A stretch of 32,000 nucleotides of DNA. Source: Ruminococcus sp. GTDB lineage: Bacteria; Bacillota; Clostridia; Oscillospirales; Ruminococcaceae. This document shows, in pieces, positions 8,882-17,591 of the stretch. Within the stretch, counting starts at the first letter, position 1, and each line of letters begins with the position of its first letter. The translations under genes and the position numbers were made by a program. Below the pieces are notes generated by a model. The model saw only the letters and a program-made list of their open reading frames with translations, made no database searches and was not told where the DNA came from. The stretch spans positions 1-32,000 of the forward strand of contig JAFVFL010000025.1 in assembly GCA_017475555.1 (NCBI GenBank), in the 5' to 3' direction.

Positions 8882-9200
8882 ATAAATCGGAATTTGCCGC
8901 CGTTTTACTGAACAGGCGTATGAAATATACGCCCTGACATACCGTATACGCCGTGAGTATACGCCGTTTTTTCCGAAATACAGGCAAATATACGCTTATA
9001 CGCCGTATTTTTCAGCTGCTCTTTATATATAATTTATTTTGTCTTTGAATATCAATTATTTTCCCGTAAGAAGTATAATATAAGGCGTATATGCGTATAT
9101 AAGGCTATATACAGTCATTTAAGGCGTATACTCACGGCGTATGGAGGCGTATATGGCGTATGTAACGGCGTATATTTATCCGGGGCAAATTCCGATTTAT
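8882..9200. repeat. 319-bp palindromic element: 17-bp perfect terminal inverted repeats, arms carrying arrays of the heptamer GGCGTAT/ATACGCC, and an AT-rich core (MITE-like or protein-binding array)
   Basis: ATAAATCGGAATTTGCC at 8882-8898 is the exact reverse complement of 9184-9200. The 20-nt block 8946-8965 is the reverse complement of 9123-9142. Block 8988-9004 matches 9084-9100 inverted at 16/17. There are 11 perfect heptamer copies: forward at 8915, 9084, 9123, 9136, 9146, 9155, 9167; reverse at 8927, 8946, 8959, 8998. Confidence 0.7.
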
Positions 9201-9283
9201 GTTAATAACAATTATATCACAGCATTGCTGCACTGTCGATAAAAATTCTATATGAGTACCGTTCTTATCGGCTCCGGGTAATT

Positions 9284-10141
9284 TTAGCTGTATAGCTTTT
9301 CTGCGATCATGATAAGCTGCTCCATGCTTAGCTGCTCAATACGTGCATTTTCCTGACAGCCGGCAGCGGAAAGGACATCATAAACCACCTGCTTCGGAAT
9401 GCCGAGCATAGAGGAGAGTGCATTCGCAAGGGTCTTTCTTCGCTGAGAAAATCCAGCCTTTACCATACGGAAAAAGAACCTCTCCCTGTCACCGGAAAGC
9501 GGAGTTTCCTCATGCAGATCAATACGTATCACGGCTGAATCCACATTCGGCTGCGGCATGAAGCTGCCCCTTGACACATTGAACAGCCTTCGTGCAGTGC
9601 CGTAATAATTCACTCCGACGGTTATCGCACCGCTCTCACGGGTGCCGACCTGAGCACATAGCCTGTCAGCCGCCTCTCTCTGTACCATGACAGTTATCGA
9701 CTCTACCGGAAGCCTGCTCTCAAGAAGAAGCATGATGACCGGTGAGGTGATGTAGTACGGAAGATTCGCACACACGACCGCTCTCAGTCCGGCAAAGTCC
9801 CCGGCGATAATTTTTCTCAGATCGCACTTCATAACGTCCTCGTTGTAGATACGCACATTGCTGAAGCCGGAAAGCGTTTCCTCCAGTACCGGGAGCAGCC
9901 GGGTATCTATCTCGACCGCCGAAACTCTGTCCGCTCTTCTTGCAAGCTCCGCCGTAAGAACACCTATACCAGTGCCTATCTCCAGTACCCCGAAGCCGGG
10001 TGCAGCACTGCCGTATTCCGCTATTTTAGGGCATATCTCAGGATTCACGATAAAGTTCTGACCAAGACCCTTTGAAAAGCTGAAGCCGTGGCGTTCCAGA
10101 AGTGCCCGGATAAATGCAATATCTGTAAGCCTGTCAGTCAT
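9284..10141 (-). CDS. rsmA: 16S rRNA (adenine1518-N6/adenine1519-N6)-dimethyltransferase
   Basis: The sequence GQNFIV, the SAM-binding VLEIGTGIGVLT and the NLPYYITSP motif are present. The preferred start is ATG at 10141, which forms ATGACTGA with the stop of the upstream ORF. The ORF-track start at 10192 would add 17 aa lying inside that gene. Confidence 0.9.
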   Translation of the reverse strand: MTDRLTDIAFIRALLERHGFSFSKGLGQNFIVNPEICPKIAEYGSAAPGFGVLEIGTGIGVLTAELARRADRVSAVEIDTRLLPVLEETLSGFSNVRIYNEDVMKCDLRKIIAGDFAGLRAVVCANLPYYITSPVIMLLLESRLPVESITVMVQREAADRLCAQVGTRESGAITVGVNYYGTARRLFNVSRGSFMPQPNVDSAVIRIDLHEETPLSGDRERFFFRMVKAGFSQRRKTLANALSSMLGIPKQVVYDVLSAAGCQENARIEQLSMEQLIMIAEKLYS

Positions 10142-10406
10142 TGTCAGCCCTGTGCCTTTCTTTCTGTGAGAACTCGCTCTGCTTAGCGTCATTGAGCTTG
10201 TCCATAGTGTTTACAAGGTAGTCCGCAGAACGGAATGCACGCTGAAAATCGGTATCGCTGAACGTGAATTTCAGGTCAACGAAATCCCCGTCGATGATGA
10301 TATCCATTTGCTTTATCTGCCGTCCGGTATATTTCTGCCGGGCGTACTCCATGTACTGCTCTATCTCATTGCGGCTCATCTCGCCGCCGGTCACTGTTAT
10401 TTTCAT
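10134..10406 (-). CDS. hypothetical 90-aa protein, translationally coupled to rsmA
   Basis: A strong AGGAGG lies 6-7 nt upstream of ATG 10406. There is an 8-nt overlap with the rsmA start. I recognise no family. Confidence 0.6.
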   Translation of the reverse strand: MKITVTGGEMSRNEIEQYMEYARQKYTGRQIKQMDIIIDGDFVDLKFTFSDTDFQRAFRSADYLVNTMDKLNDAKQSEFSQKERHRADND

Positions 10407-10459
10407 ATATCCTCCTTATTCACCAAGACAGCGAAGCAGCCGCTCCCTGTCTCTGTTTC

Positions 10460-12046
10460 CTACATCAGATCATTAATTATCGCCTCAGAGCATTTTATCC
10501 CGTCCACAGCGGCAGATACTATCCCGCCGGCATGACCTGCACCCTCTCCGCACGGGTAGAGACCCCGGAGTGACTGCGATTGCAGACTGTCATCACGCTC
10601 TATCCTCACCGGTGAGCTGCTGCGGCTCTCTATCCCCGTCAGGACAGCGTCCGCATCGTCAAAGCCCTGTATCCTCCTGCCCATTTCCGGCAGACCAAGT
10701 CTCAGCGTTTCGCACACATAGTCCGGAAGATACGCCTGCGGCAGCACCTCTCTCACTCCCGGTCTGTATGACGGAGCTACTCTGCCAAAGCCGCATAATC
10801 TGCCGCTCATGAAGCTCCCTACAGCTGCCGCCGGAGCGAAATGGTCACAGCCGCCTGCCGTGAACGCCGCCGCCTCAAGTCTTTTCTGGAAATACAGCCC
10901 CGCAAGCGGGTGAGAGCTGCCGTAATCCGACGGGCCTACCCCCACAAGCAGAGCACTGTTGGAATTTACTCCGTCTCTTGCGTAAAGGCTCATGCCGTTG
11001 GTGCAGATACGCCCCTCGTCCGACGAAGCTGCGATCACCTCGCCGCCCGGACACATACAGAACGTATACAGGCTCCGTCCGTTCGGAAGGTGTACTGCAA
11101 GCTTATAATCCGCTGCCCTGAGTGCCGGATGACCTGCCATATCCCCGTACATCGCCCGGTCGATATCCTCTCTCAGATGCTCTATCCTCACCCCGACGGA
11201 AAAGCTTTTCTGCGTCATGGATATCCCCTCAGAATGCAGAAGCTCAAAAACGTCGCCTGCACTATGCCCGGCAGCAAGTATCACACTGTCTGTCCGGAGA
11301 GAATAGATTTTGTTTTCCTGCACATATTCTACAGCTGAAATGCGTCCGTTTTCGGCACTAAAGCCGGTGAACCTTGCCCCGAATCTCACCTCTCCGCCCA
11401 TAGCTGTGACACGCCTGCGGAGAGCCTTGACGCACTCCCTCAGTCTGTCCGTGCCGATATGCGGCTTTGCAAGGAAGGTTATCTCCTCCGGTGCCCCGAA
11501 TTCCGCAAGCCGCCGCAGAACATAGCCGATACGCTCATCACGTATCCCGGTCGTCAGCTTGCCGTCAGAGAACGTCCCCGCACCGCCCTCGCCGAACTGT
11601 ACATTGCACTCCGGGTCAAGCCTTCCTGTGCTTCGGTACAGCTCCACGACCGCTGCTCTTTTGTCCGCATCATAGCCCCTTTCGAGGACTATCGGCTCTG
11701 CTCCGGATTCGGCAAGGGCAAGTGCCGCAAACATTCCGGCTGGCCCGAAGCCCACTACCACCGGACGATGCTTCGGCTTTTTCGTCAGCACCGGCGGACG
11801 GTACTCAGCCCTGTCCAGATGTGCGGCATTTCTGAGCCTTTTCAGCAGCTTTCCCTCTCCGTCCGCTTCAACATCAAGAGAGATCGTGAAGTGGATATCA
11901 GAACGCTTCCGTGCATCGACTGCCTTGCGTGACAGTCTGACGGAATGCAGGGATTTTCCCGGTATACCGAGCTTTCCGGTGCATATTGCTCTTAGGTCGT
12001 TAAGATCCGTGCTCAGCGGGACTGATATGCTGGATATTCGTATCAT
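10460..12046 (-). CDS. FAD-dependent oxidoreductase (COG2509-like uncharacterised flavoprotein)
   Basis: The dinucleotide-binding motif VVVGFGPAGMFAALALAESG follows an approximately 90-aa N-terminal domain. The C-terminal CGEGAGHAGGI motif is typical of this family. Confidence 0.85.
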   Translation of the reverse strand: MIRISSISVPLSTDLNDLRAICTGKLGIPGKSLHSVRLSRKAVDARKRSDIHFTISLDVEADGEGKLLKRLRNAAHLDRAEYRPPVLTKKPKHRPVVVGFGPAGMFAALALAESGAEPIVLERGYDADKRAAVVELYRSTGRLDPECNVQFGEGGAGTFSDGKLTTGIRDERIGYVLRRLAEFGAPEEITFLAKPHIGTDRLRECVKALRRRVTAMGGEVRFGARFTGFSAENGRISAVEYVQENKIYSLRTDSVILAAGHSAGDVFELLHSEGISMTQKSFSVGVRIEHLREDIDRAMYGDMAGHPALRAADYKLAVHLPNGRSLYTFCMCPGGEVIAASSDEGRICTNGMSLYARDGVNSNSALLVGVGPSDYGSSHPLAGLYFQKRLEAAAFTAGGCDHFAPAAAVGSFMSGRLCGFGRVAPSYRPGVREVLPQAYLPDYVCETLRLGLPEMGRRIQGFDDADAVLTGIESRSSSPVRIERDDSLQSQSLRGLYPCGEGAGHAGGIVSAAVDGIKCSEAIINDLM

Positions 12047-12091
12047 CGAAAAACTCCTTCTGCTACAGGTCAGAAAACAGATGTCCCTGAC

Positions 12092-13324
12092 TTATTTCTT
12101 TTTAAAAACAGCCGCTTCCCGTCCGGCGATCGTTCCGGAAGTCCATGCCCATTGCAGGTTGTAGCCGCCGCAGTCGCCGACAGTATCAAGTATCTCGCCG
12201 CACAGATACAGTCCCCTGTGCCGCTTCGATTGCAGGTCGTCCCCGACCTCGGACTGTACTACTCCGCCAAAGGTGCTTTGTGCATTCTGCCACCCTGCCG
12301 CCCCGGTAACGGGAAATCTCAGGTCTTTGCAGTATCGTGCTGCCGCAGAAAGCTCCTGCCGTTTCAGCGACCGTATCTCCGCAGAAAGCGGCTTATCTGC
12401 TGCACGCTTTATTATGTACGCCGCAAGCTCCCTCCGGAAAAGCCCGGTCAGAAGCTCGGATACCGGCTGCCGGCTGTGCATTGCACATACCTGCTCAAGA
12501 TACCTCTCCAGCTCGTCACGTTCAAGCTCCGGGACAAGGTCTGCCGAAACAGTCAGTCCTGTGCCGTATTTTCCCCATAGATACGCCAGATCAAAGACGC
12601 ATATCCCCGAAAGCATCTGCTCTGTGAATTGCAGCTCACCCGTCTCCGTGCGGAGCGTTTTACCGCCTGCGGCTGCCGATATCCTGCACTTCGCCCTCAC
12701 ACCCTTCAGTCCCTTCAGAAGCTCCGGAGATGTCCTCAGAGGTGCGACCGCCGGGGTGCATTCCGCCGTCTTATAGCCCATTTTCCGCAGTATACCGAGC
12801 ATTCTCCCGTCCGTACCGGACTTAGGGTCTGCATATGCTCCGGCGGCGATTATCACACGGGTGCAGAGTATCCTGTCTCCAGCCGCCGTGTCAAGGGCAT
12901 AGCGACCTTTTTGCGGCAATATACCGGTGATCTCCGCTCCGCACCTTTCCTCCGCACCAAGCTCCTCAGCCCTCATTCTCAGTGCCGAAAGCACTGTTGC
13001 AGCACTTCCGCTGTGGGGATAAAGCCTCCCGGCACTGTCGCACACCGTCAAAACGCCGAGGCTCCGGAAAAGCTCCTCCGCCCGTGGAGCTCTCGAAATA
13101 TAGCCCATTGCGTCCACTGTGCCGTGGTAGTTCTCCGGTGAGAGCTCACGGTTTCCGAGGTTACAGCGTCCGTTGCCGGTCGAGAGCAGCTTTTTCCCCG
13201 TCCGGGGCAGCCGCTCTGCGATAATGACCCGGAGTCCCCGGTTTACGGACTTTGCCGCAATTGCCGCTGCAAGACCTGACGCTCCGCCGCCGATAACTGC
13301 GATATCCGCCGATATTTCAGACAT
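12092..13324 (-). CDS. HI0933/BaiN-like NAD(P)/FAD-dependent oxidoreductase
   Basis: IAVIGGGASGLAAAIAA, then TGNGRCNLGN and the C-terminal LYLCGEILDTVGDCGGYNLQWAWTSG are hallmarks of the HI0933-like family. Confidence 0.85.
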   Translation of the reverse strand: MSEISADIAVIGGGASGLAAAIAAKSVNRGLRVIIAERLPRTGKKLLSTGNGRCNLGNRELSPENYHGTVDAMGYISRAPRAEELFRSLGVLTVCDSAGRLYPHSGSAATVLSALRMRAEELGAEERCGAEITGILPQKGRYALDTAAGDRILCTRVIIAAGAYADPKSGTDGRMLGILRKMGYKTAECTPAVAPLRTSPELLKGLKGVRAKCRISAAAGGKTLRTETGELQFTEQMLSGICVFDLAYLWGKYGTGLTVSADLVPELERDELERYLEQVCAMHSRQPVSELLTGLFRRELAAYIIKRAADKPLSAEIRSLKRQELSAAARYCKDLRFPVTGAAGWQNAQSTFGGVVQSEVGDDLQSKRHRGLYLCGEILDTVGDCGGYNLQWAWTSGTIAGREAAVFKKK

Positions 13325-14162
13325 TCTGTGTTCCCTCCGGCTTTATATGTACGTCAAGCTGCGGATAGGGTATCTCGATACCGCCCTCGTCGAACGCTGC
13401 CTTGACGCCCTCGATGATATCGTACCGTGCGGTAAAATAATCCGCATTCGCCGTCCAGACCAGAACGTCTATCGCCACCGAGCTTTCCTTATGTGCGGAC
13501 ATACGGACTACCGGCTCAGGTGTGTCAAGCAGCCTTTTGTTGCCGGAAAGCACGGCAAGGATAAGCTCCCTCGCCTTTGCATGATCTGCGGAATACGCTA
13601 TATCGAACGTCAGCTCTATACGCCGGTTCGGGGTGTTGGTGTAGTTGACTATTTTCGCCTGAGTTATATTTCCGTTCGGGATAAAGACTGTTTTGCTGTC
13701 GTAGGTAAGTATCCGTGTGTAAAGTATGCCGATTGTCTCAACTACGCCCACTGTGCCGTCAAGCTCAACAGTATCCCCGGCGGAAAACGGCTTTGAAAAG
13801 AGTATTATAAATCCGCCGCAGAGGTTGGACAGACAGCTCTGCAATGCAAGGCTCACGGCTATACCGGCTGCACCGAAAAGCGTTATTATTGACGTTGTGG
13901 GGATATTCAGTGCCGAGAGCACCATTATCAGCACTATCACGTAGAGTACCGTCCTCACCACTGACACCAGAAAGCCCTTTGCCGCTCCGTCGATTTTTGA
14001 GCGGTTCATTGCACGGGAAACAATGTGGGTGATGAGTTTTGACACGAGAAGCCCCGCAATGAGTATCAACAGTGCCAGTATCACCGCCGGAAGTGCCGCC
14101 TTTATGTAGTCCGCCGCCCCTGACAGGAATCCTGACGCTTTGTCCACCTCTCCTTGCAGCAT
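13317..14162 (-). CDS. small-conductance mechanosensitive channel (MscS family)
   Basis: Three N-terminal TM helices are followed by the MscS beta-domain (GDTVELDGTVGVVETIGILYTRILTYDSKTVFIPNGNI). The start is set at ATG 14162 with an AGGAGGG RBS. The ORF-track extension to 14465 overlaps the upstream permease gene and a terminator. Confidence 0.85.
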   Translation of the reverse strand: MLQGEVDKASGFLSGAADYIKAALPAVILALLILIAGLLVSKLITHIVSRAMNRSKIDGAAKGFLVSVVRTVLYVIVLIMVLSALNIPTTSIITLFGAAGIAVSLALQSCLSNLCGGFIILFSKPFSAGDTVELDGTVGVVETIGILYTRILTYDSKTVFIPNGNITQAKIVNYTNTPNRRIELTFDIAYSADHAKARELILAVLSGNKRLLDTPEPVVRMSAHKESSVAIDVLVWTANADYFTARYDIIEGVKAAFDEGGIEIPYPQLDVHIKPEGTQNV

Positions 14163-14240
14163 AAATATCCCTCCTGTGTATCCGCCTCCCCGTATGCCTG
14201 CGGAATACCAGCTTCCGGGGAAGGTCTTTTCATTTTCCTT

Positions 14241-14269
14241 ATTATAACACATCCGGGCGTTCAAGTCAA
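14241..14269 (-). promoter_or_regulatory. sigma-A type promoter for the MscS-to-rsmA operon
   Basis: On the minus strand: TTGACT (14264-14269), a 17-nt spacer ending in TGt, then TATAAT (14241-14246). Confidence 0.5.
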
Positions 14270-14306
14270 CAAGAGGCAGGAGCGATAATGCCGCTCCTGC
14301 CTCTTG
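14270..14306 (-). terminator. stem-loop terminator after the FtsX-type permease gene
   Basis: Perfect 15-bp stem CAAGAGGCAGGAGCG (14270-14284) / CGCTCCTGCCTCTTG (14292-14306) with a 7-nt loop. It lies 42 nt past the stop at 14348. Confidence 0.7.
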
Positions 14307-14347
14307 TACTTTCCTATGCAGCAGGTGATACCTGCCGGTCTTGCTTC

Positions 14348-16585
14348 TTACTCCATATTTTTGAGTGCCTGTGCGAGCGGTATCCTCTTTATCTTCTTCA
14401 TGAGAATGAGGGAGACCGCAGCGAAGCAGAGAACTCCGATAACGAATATCATGGGATATACCCACGGTGCTACCCAGTAGCTGAGCCAGCCGTTATATTC
14501 AAGCATCATGGTGTAGTATATCTTTTCTATCGTGAAGCCCGAAAGCGGAATGCTTATCAGGAGCGAGAGCACAACAACTATCCACGTTGCCCTGCTGTAC
14601 AGACCGGACGCCTCTCTGTCAGTGTAGCCGAGTATCTTTATCATCGAGATATTTGAGGTGTTCTTCTCTATGACGAGCTTGGAGAGCAGATACATCATCA
14701 GCACGAACATAACAGTGGAGAAAGCTCCGAATATCGGGAAAAGTCTGCCCATAGAATCATCGAGCTGGTCAGCCATTATCGTCAGGTCATGCTCGGTGAT
14801 AGTCGCTGCGATCAGCTTCTCGTCAATGTCTGTGATCTTCTCGTCCGAGAAATATCCGCTGAACGAATCACTGTCGATACCGAACATATCGCAGAATGTC
14901 TCACGGCTCATGAATACGCTCAGTGTAGCCGGATAATCGTACTTGTCAGTTACCCTCAGGGTATACTCATCACCCGAATACTTCTCATGCAGGACAACAT
15001 TATCGCCGCTCTCAATGCCGTACTTCTCCATGAAGCCGTCTGAGAGGTATACCTTGTCTCCGGAAACGTCCAGACCGGTGATATAATCAGAATCCGGGTC
15101 AATGCCGTAGATAGTTATTTCCTCGTCATTGTCGTTGAGCAGTGCAGCTGCACAGTATTTCTCCGCACCCTCAGTATCAGTCTCCAGCGGCATTCTGAGA
15201 AGATACTGATACTCCGAGAACTTCGAGCTTACGACCTGCTCCTTGAAGTGATCCATAAGCGGAGAGAACATCATTCCGAACAGCATGAGTACGCTTGAAA
15301 AGAATATGCCGATAAAGAGAATGATATACGCCGCCCTGTTTTGCAGGATGATCCTTGTTCTGAATCTTGAAAGGAATCTCCAGTTCGGGAGCTTTGCGGC
15401 ACGGCGGTTCTTTTTGCGTGTCAGATCCCTTCTCAGGAATTGCAGCGGACTGAGTGAAAGCGACACGCTTACGATAACGAGGTTCACCAGGAGTATGATA
15501 GCAAGCGGTATCAGGGTCGTCCTTACGAAAGCGTCAGCATTCCAGATGACGGTATATTTTGTAAGGGAGTAGCTGTGCAGGTACATAGAAGCCATCATGT
15601 CAGGTGTTACAAGGTAACCGAGGATATTCCCGACAACAGCTGCCGCCGCAGCCGTGAGGAGCGGCAGTGCAATATAGTGCCACAGCAGCTCGCTCCGGGT
15701 ATATCCGGATGCACGCAGAGTTCCGATAACAGAAGCCTCCTGCTCAATGGTGCTCCTTGTAGTTACAGCAAAGGCGAACGCCAGAACGATGATGACGATA
15801 TACAGAAGCCACTGTATCATTACCTTGTCGCCGCCCATATCAGTACCGGTGAAGGTAATGGCGTGATTGTTCTGCTGTGCGAGAAAGTCCGTAAGCACGG
15901 CTTTTTTCGCTATGTACTTCATTATCTCGTCCGACTTGTCCTCACGGGCAGTATCGTCCATATCCCGGTCGTGATCTACCCATGCGTAGCAATACTGAAC
16001 AGCTCCGCTGAGCGAATCAAAGGCGTCGTCAGTTACGAGTGCAACGGTGAATTTATTTGCATCGAACATCATATCGGCATTGTTCTTGTAAAGACAGCTG
16101 TAGTCCGAAAATGCGGTAAGTGCCGTTACCTTGAAATTCTTTTTATCGGCTGTATAGATATCTCCTACTGAGATGTTATTATTCTCCGCATACAGCCTGT
16201 CTATGGCGATCTCGTCGTCCTTTTCCGGAAATTCGCCCTTGAGGACATCTATCCTGTCCACCTCGTCTCTCTGAGTATAGAAGCGGACTGTGTGACCCTC
16301 CGGAGTCTCGCCGTTGACGAAATACAGCGGATAAATGGATATATCAAATTCGTTTTCGATATCGCTCAGCAGGTCGTCCTCCGGGAGCTGTGCAAGGATA
16401 AAGTGTCCGTCCTCGACAGTGAATTTCTCAAAGCTGTCATCGTAAGCCTTTTTCAGACTGTTGTCGGCAACGAGAAACCCTGACACGAAGGCGATAGTGA
16501 GCGAAAGAAAGAGAAACAGAGCGATATACTTTCCTATATCGCTTTTCAGCTCACGGGGAAGGCGTTTAAGAAGCGGATTTTTCAT
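14348..16585 (-). CDS. ABC transporter permease with two FtsX domains (745 aa)
   Basis: An N-terminal TM is followed by a large extracytoplasmic domain and 3 TM, and this pattern repeats. FtsX-type motifs are present (GTLRASGYTRSEL, IKILGYTDREASG). It lies 12 nt downstream of its ATPase gene. Confidence 0.9.
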   Translation of the reverse strand: MKNPLLKRLPRELKSDIGKYIALFLFLSLTIAFVSGFLVADNSLKKAYDDSFEKFTVEDGHFILAQLPEDDLLSDIENEFDISIYPLYFVNGETPEGHTVRFYTQRDEVDRIDVLKGEFPEKDDEIAIDRLYAENNNISVGDIYTADKKNFKVTALTAFSDYSCLYKNNADMMFDANKFTVALVTDDAFDSLSGAVQYCYAWVDHDRDMDDTAREDKSDEIMKYIAKKAVLTDFLAQQNNHAITFTGTDMGGDKVMIQWLLYIVIIVLAFAFAVTTRSTIEQEASVIGTLRASGYTRSELLWHYIALPLLTAAAAAVVGNILGYLVTPDMMASMYLHSYSLTKYTVIWNADAFVRTTLIPLAIILLVNLVIVSVSLSLSPLQFLRRDLTRKKNRRAAKLPNWRFLSRFRTRIILQNRAAYIILFIGIFFSSVLMLFGMMFSPLMDHFKEQVVSSKFSEYQYLLRMPLETDTEGAEKYCAAALLNDNDEEITIYGIDPDSDYITGLDVSGDKVYLSDGFMEKYGIESGDNVVLHEKYSGDEYTLRVTDKYDYPATLSVFMSRETFCDMFGIDSDSFSGYFSDEKITDIDEKLIAATITEHDLTIMADQLDDSMGRLFPIFGAFSTVMFVLMMYLLSKLVIEKNTSNISMIKILGYTDREASGLYSRATWIVVVLSLLISIPLSGFTIEKIYYTMMLEYNGWLSYWVAPWVYPMIFVIGVLCFAAVSLILMKKIKRIPLAQALKNME

Positions 16586-16597
16586 TATTTCCCCTCC

Positions 16598-17296
16598 TTA
16601 CCAATCCAGCTCAGCGGCAGGAGTCTTGACAGTATTGAGGTCGTTGTGGCGTATCCTTCCGTCACGGAACTTGATGACCTGGTCAGCCATGAGCTTTATC
16701 GCATCGTTATGGGTAACGATGATGACAGTGTTGCCGAACTTGCTGTTCACGTCCTCTATGAGCTTGAGTATTTCCTTTGAGGTGTTATAATCAAGAGCAC
16801 CGGTCGGCTCATCGCACAGAAGGATATCCGGATTTTTGATGATAGCCCGTCCTATCGCAGTACGCTGCTGCTGACCGCCTGAAAGCTGTGAGGGTATTTT
16901 GTCCTTATGCTCCCACAGACCGAGGGTCTTGATTATCTCGTCAAGCTCAAGGGGCTTGTCGCTCAGATATGCACCGACCTCGATATTCTCTTTTACAGTG
17001 AGATTCGGGATAAGGTTGTAGGACTGAAAGACGTATCCGATGTGCTTGCGGCGGTACTGTGAGAGCTGTTTTTCGTTCATAGCGGCAGTTTTTTCGCCGT
17101 CTATGCTCACTGTACCGCTGTCGGGGGTGTCGATACCGCCGATGATGTTGAGCAGAGTAGACTTGCCGGAGCCTGACGGCCCGAGGAGAACGCAGATGTG
17201 ACCCTTTTCCACTCCGCAGGTTATGCCCTTTAATACCTCCGCACGGTTCTCACCCTCGCCGAAGGATTTTTTTATATCGTCCAGTTCAAGATACAT
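16598..17296 (-). CDS. ABC transporter ATP-binding protein (MacB/LolD-type)
   Basis: Walker A GPSGSGKST, signature LSGGQQQR and Walker B LLCDEPTGALD are present. RBS GGAGG. Confidence 0.95.
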   Translation of the reverse strand: MYLELDDIKKSFGEGENRAEVLKGITCGVEKGHICVLLGPSGSGKSTLLNIIGGIDTPDSGTVSIDGEKTAAMNEKQLSQYRRKHIGYVFQSYNLIPNLTVKENIEVGAYLSDKPLELDEIIKTLGLWEHKDKIPSQLSGGQQQRTAIGRAIIKNPDILLCDEPTGALDYNTSKEILKLIEDVNSKFGNTVIIVTHNDAIKLMADQVIKFRDGRIRHNDLNTVKTPAAELDW

Positions 17297-17348
17297 GATA
17301 TGACCTCCTGATAAGATTTAGATGCTAACTGCTCATGACCGCAGCAAA

Positions 17349-17396
17349 CATATGAACATCTATTCATATGATAATCCAATTTATCCGCAATGTCAA
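17349..17396 (-). promoter_or_regulatory. sigma-A type promoter with an overlapping palindromic operator candidate
   Basis: On the minus strand: TTGACA (17391-17396), a 17-nt spacer, then TATCAT (17368-17373). The palindrome CATATGAA-N6-TTCATATG (17349-17370) overlaps the -10 and the predicted TSS. Confidence 0.45.
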
Positions 17397-17534
17397 GAAA
17401 AACCCGGCAATTGCAAGAGATTTGTGAAATGCAGTCAAATATGATAGGATAGGGAAAAAAGTTATGTTAATACTTACTAACAATACAGAGAACATAAGTT
17501 AGCTAAAGGTAACTGACTGATGCGGAGATGCACG

Positions 17535-17569
17535 AAAAAAGCCCCGTTGTAACAGCGTACATACGGGGC
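17535..17569 (-). terminator. rho-independent terminator after the MacB-like permease gene
   Basis: On the minus strand: GCCCCGT stem, loop, ACGGGGC, followed by TTTTTT (the plus strand reads AAAAAAGCCCCGT...ACGGGGC). Confidence 0.7.
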
Positions 17570-17591
17570 ATAAAACTATATCATGCAGAGA

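Noticed and set aside
8882-9200. I considered whether the heptamer-rich region is a CRISPR array or a replication origin.
   Set aside because: The repeats are only 7 bp long, with 2-6 bp of unique sequence between them. They occur in both orientations as a palindrome, which is not a CRISPR repeat/spacer architecture. I saw no DnaA-box (TTATCCACA) clusters and no dnaA or rep gene nearby.
12047-12091. There is a weak hairpin, GTCAG...CTGAC, between the two flavoprotein genes.
   Set aside because: The stem is only 5 bp, the loop is 13 nt, and there is no T-tract. It is unlikely to be a terminator, and the genes are probably co-transcribed.
14163-14465. The ORF track gives a 101-aa N-terminal extension of the MscS ORF, and an N-terminal extension of rsmA to 10192.
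   Set aside because: The MscS extension crosses a 15-bp terminator stem, a promoter and the 3' end of the permease gene. ATG 14162 has an AGGAGGG RBS. The rsmA extension lies inside the upstream 90-aa gene, while ATG 10141 gives the ATGACTGA coupling.
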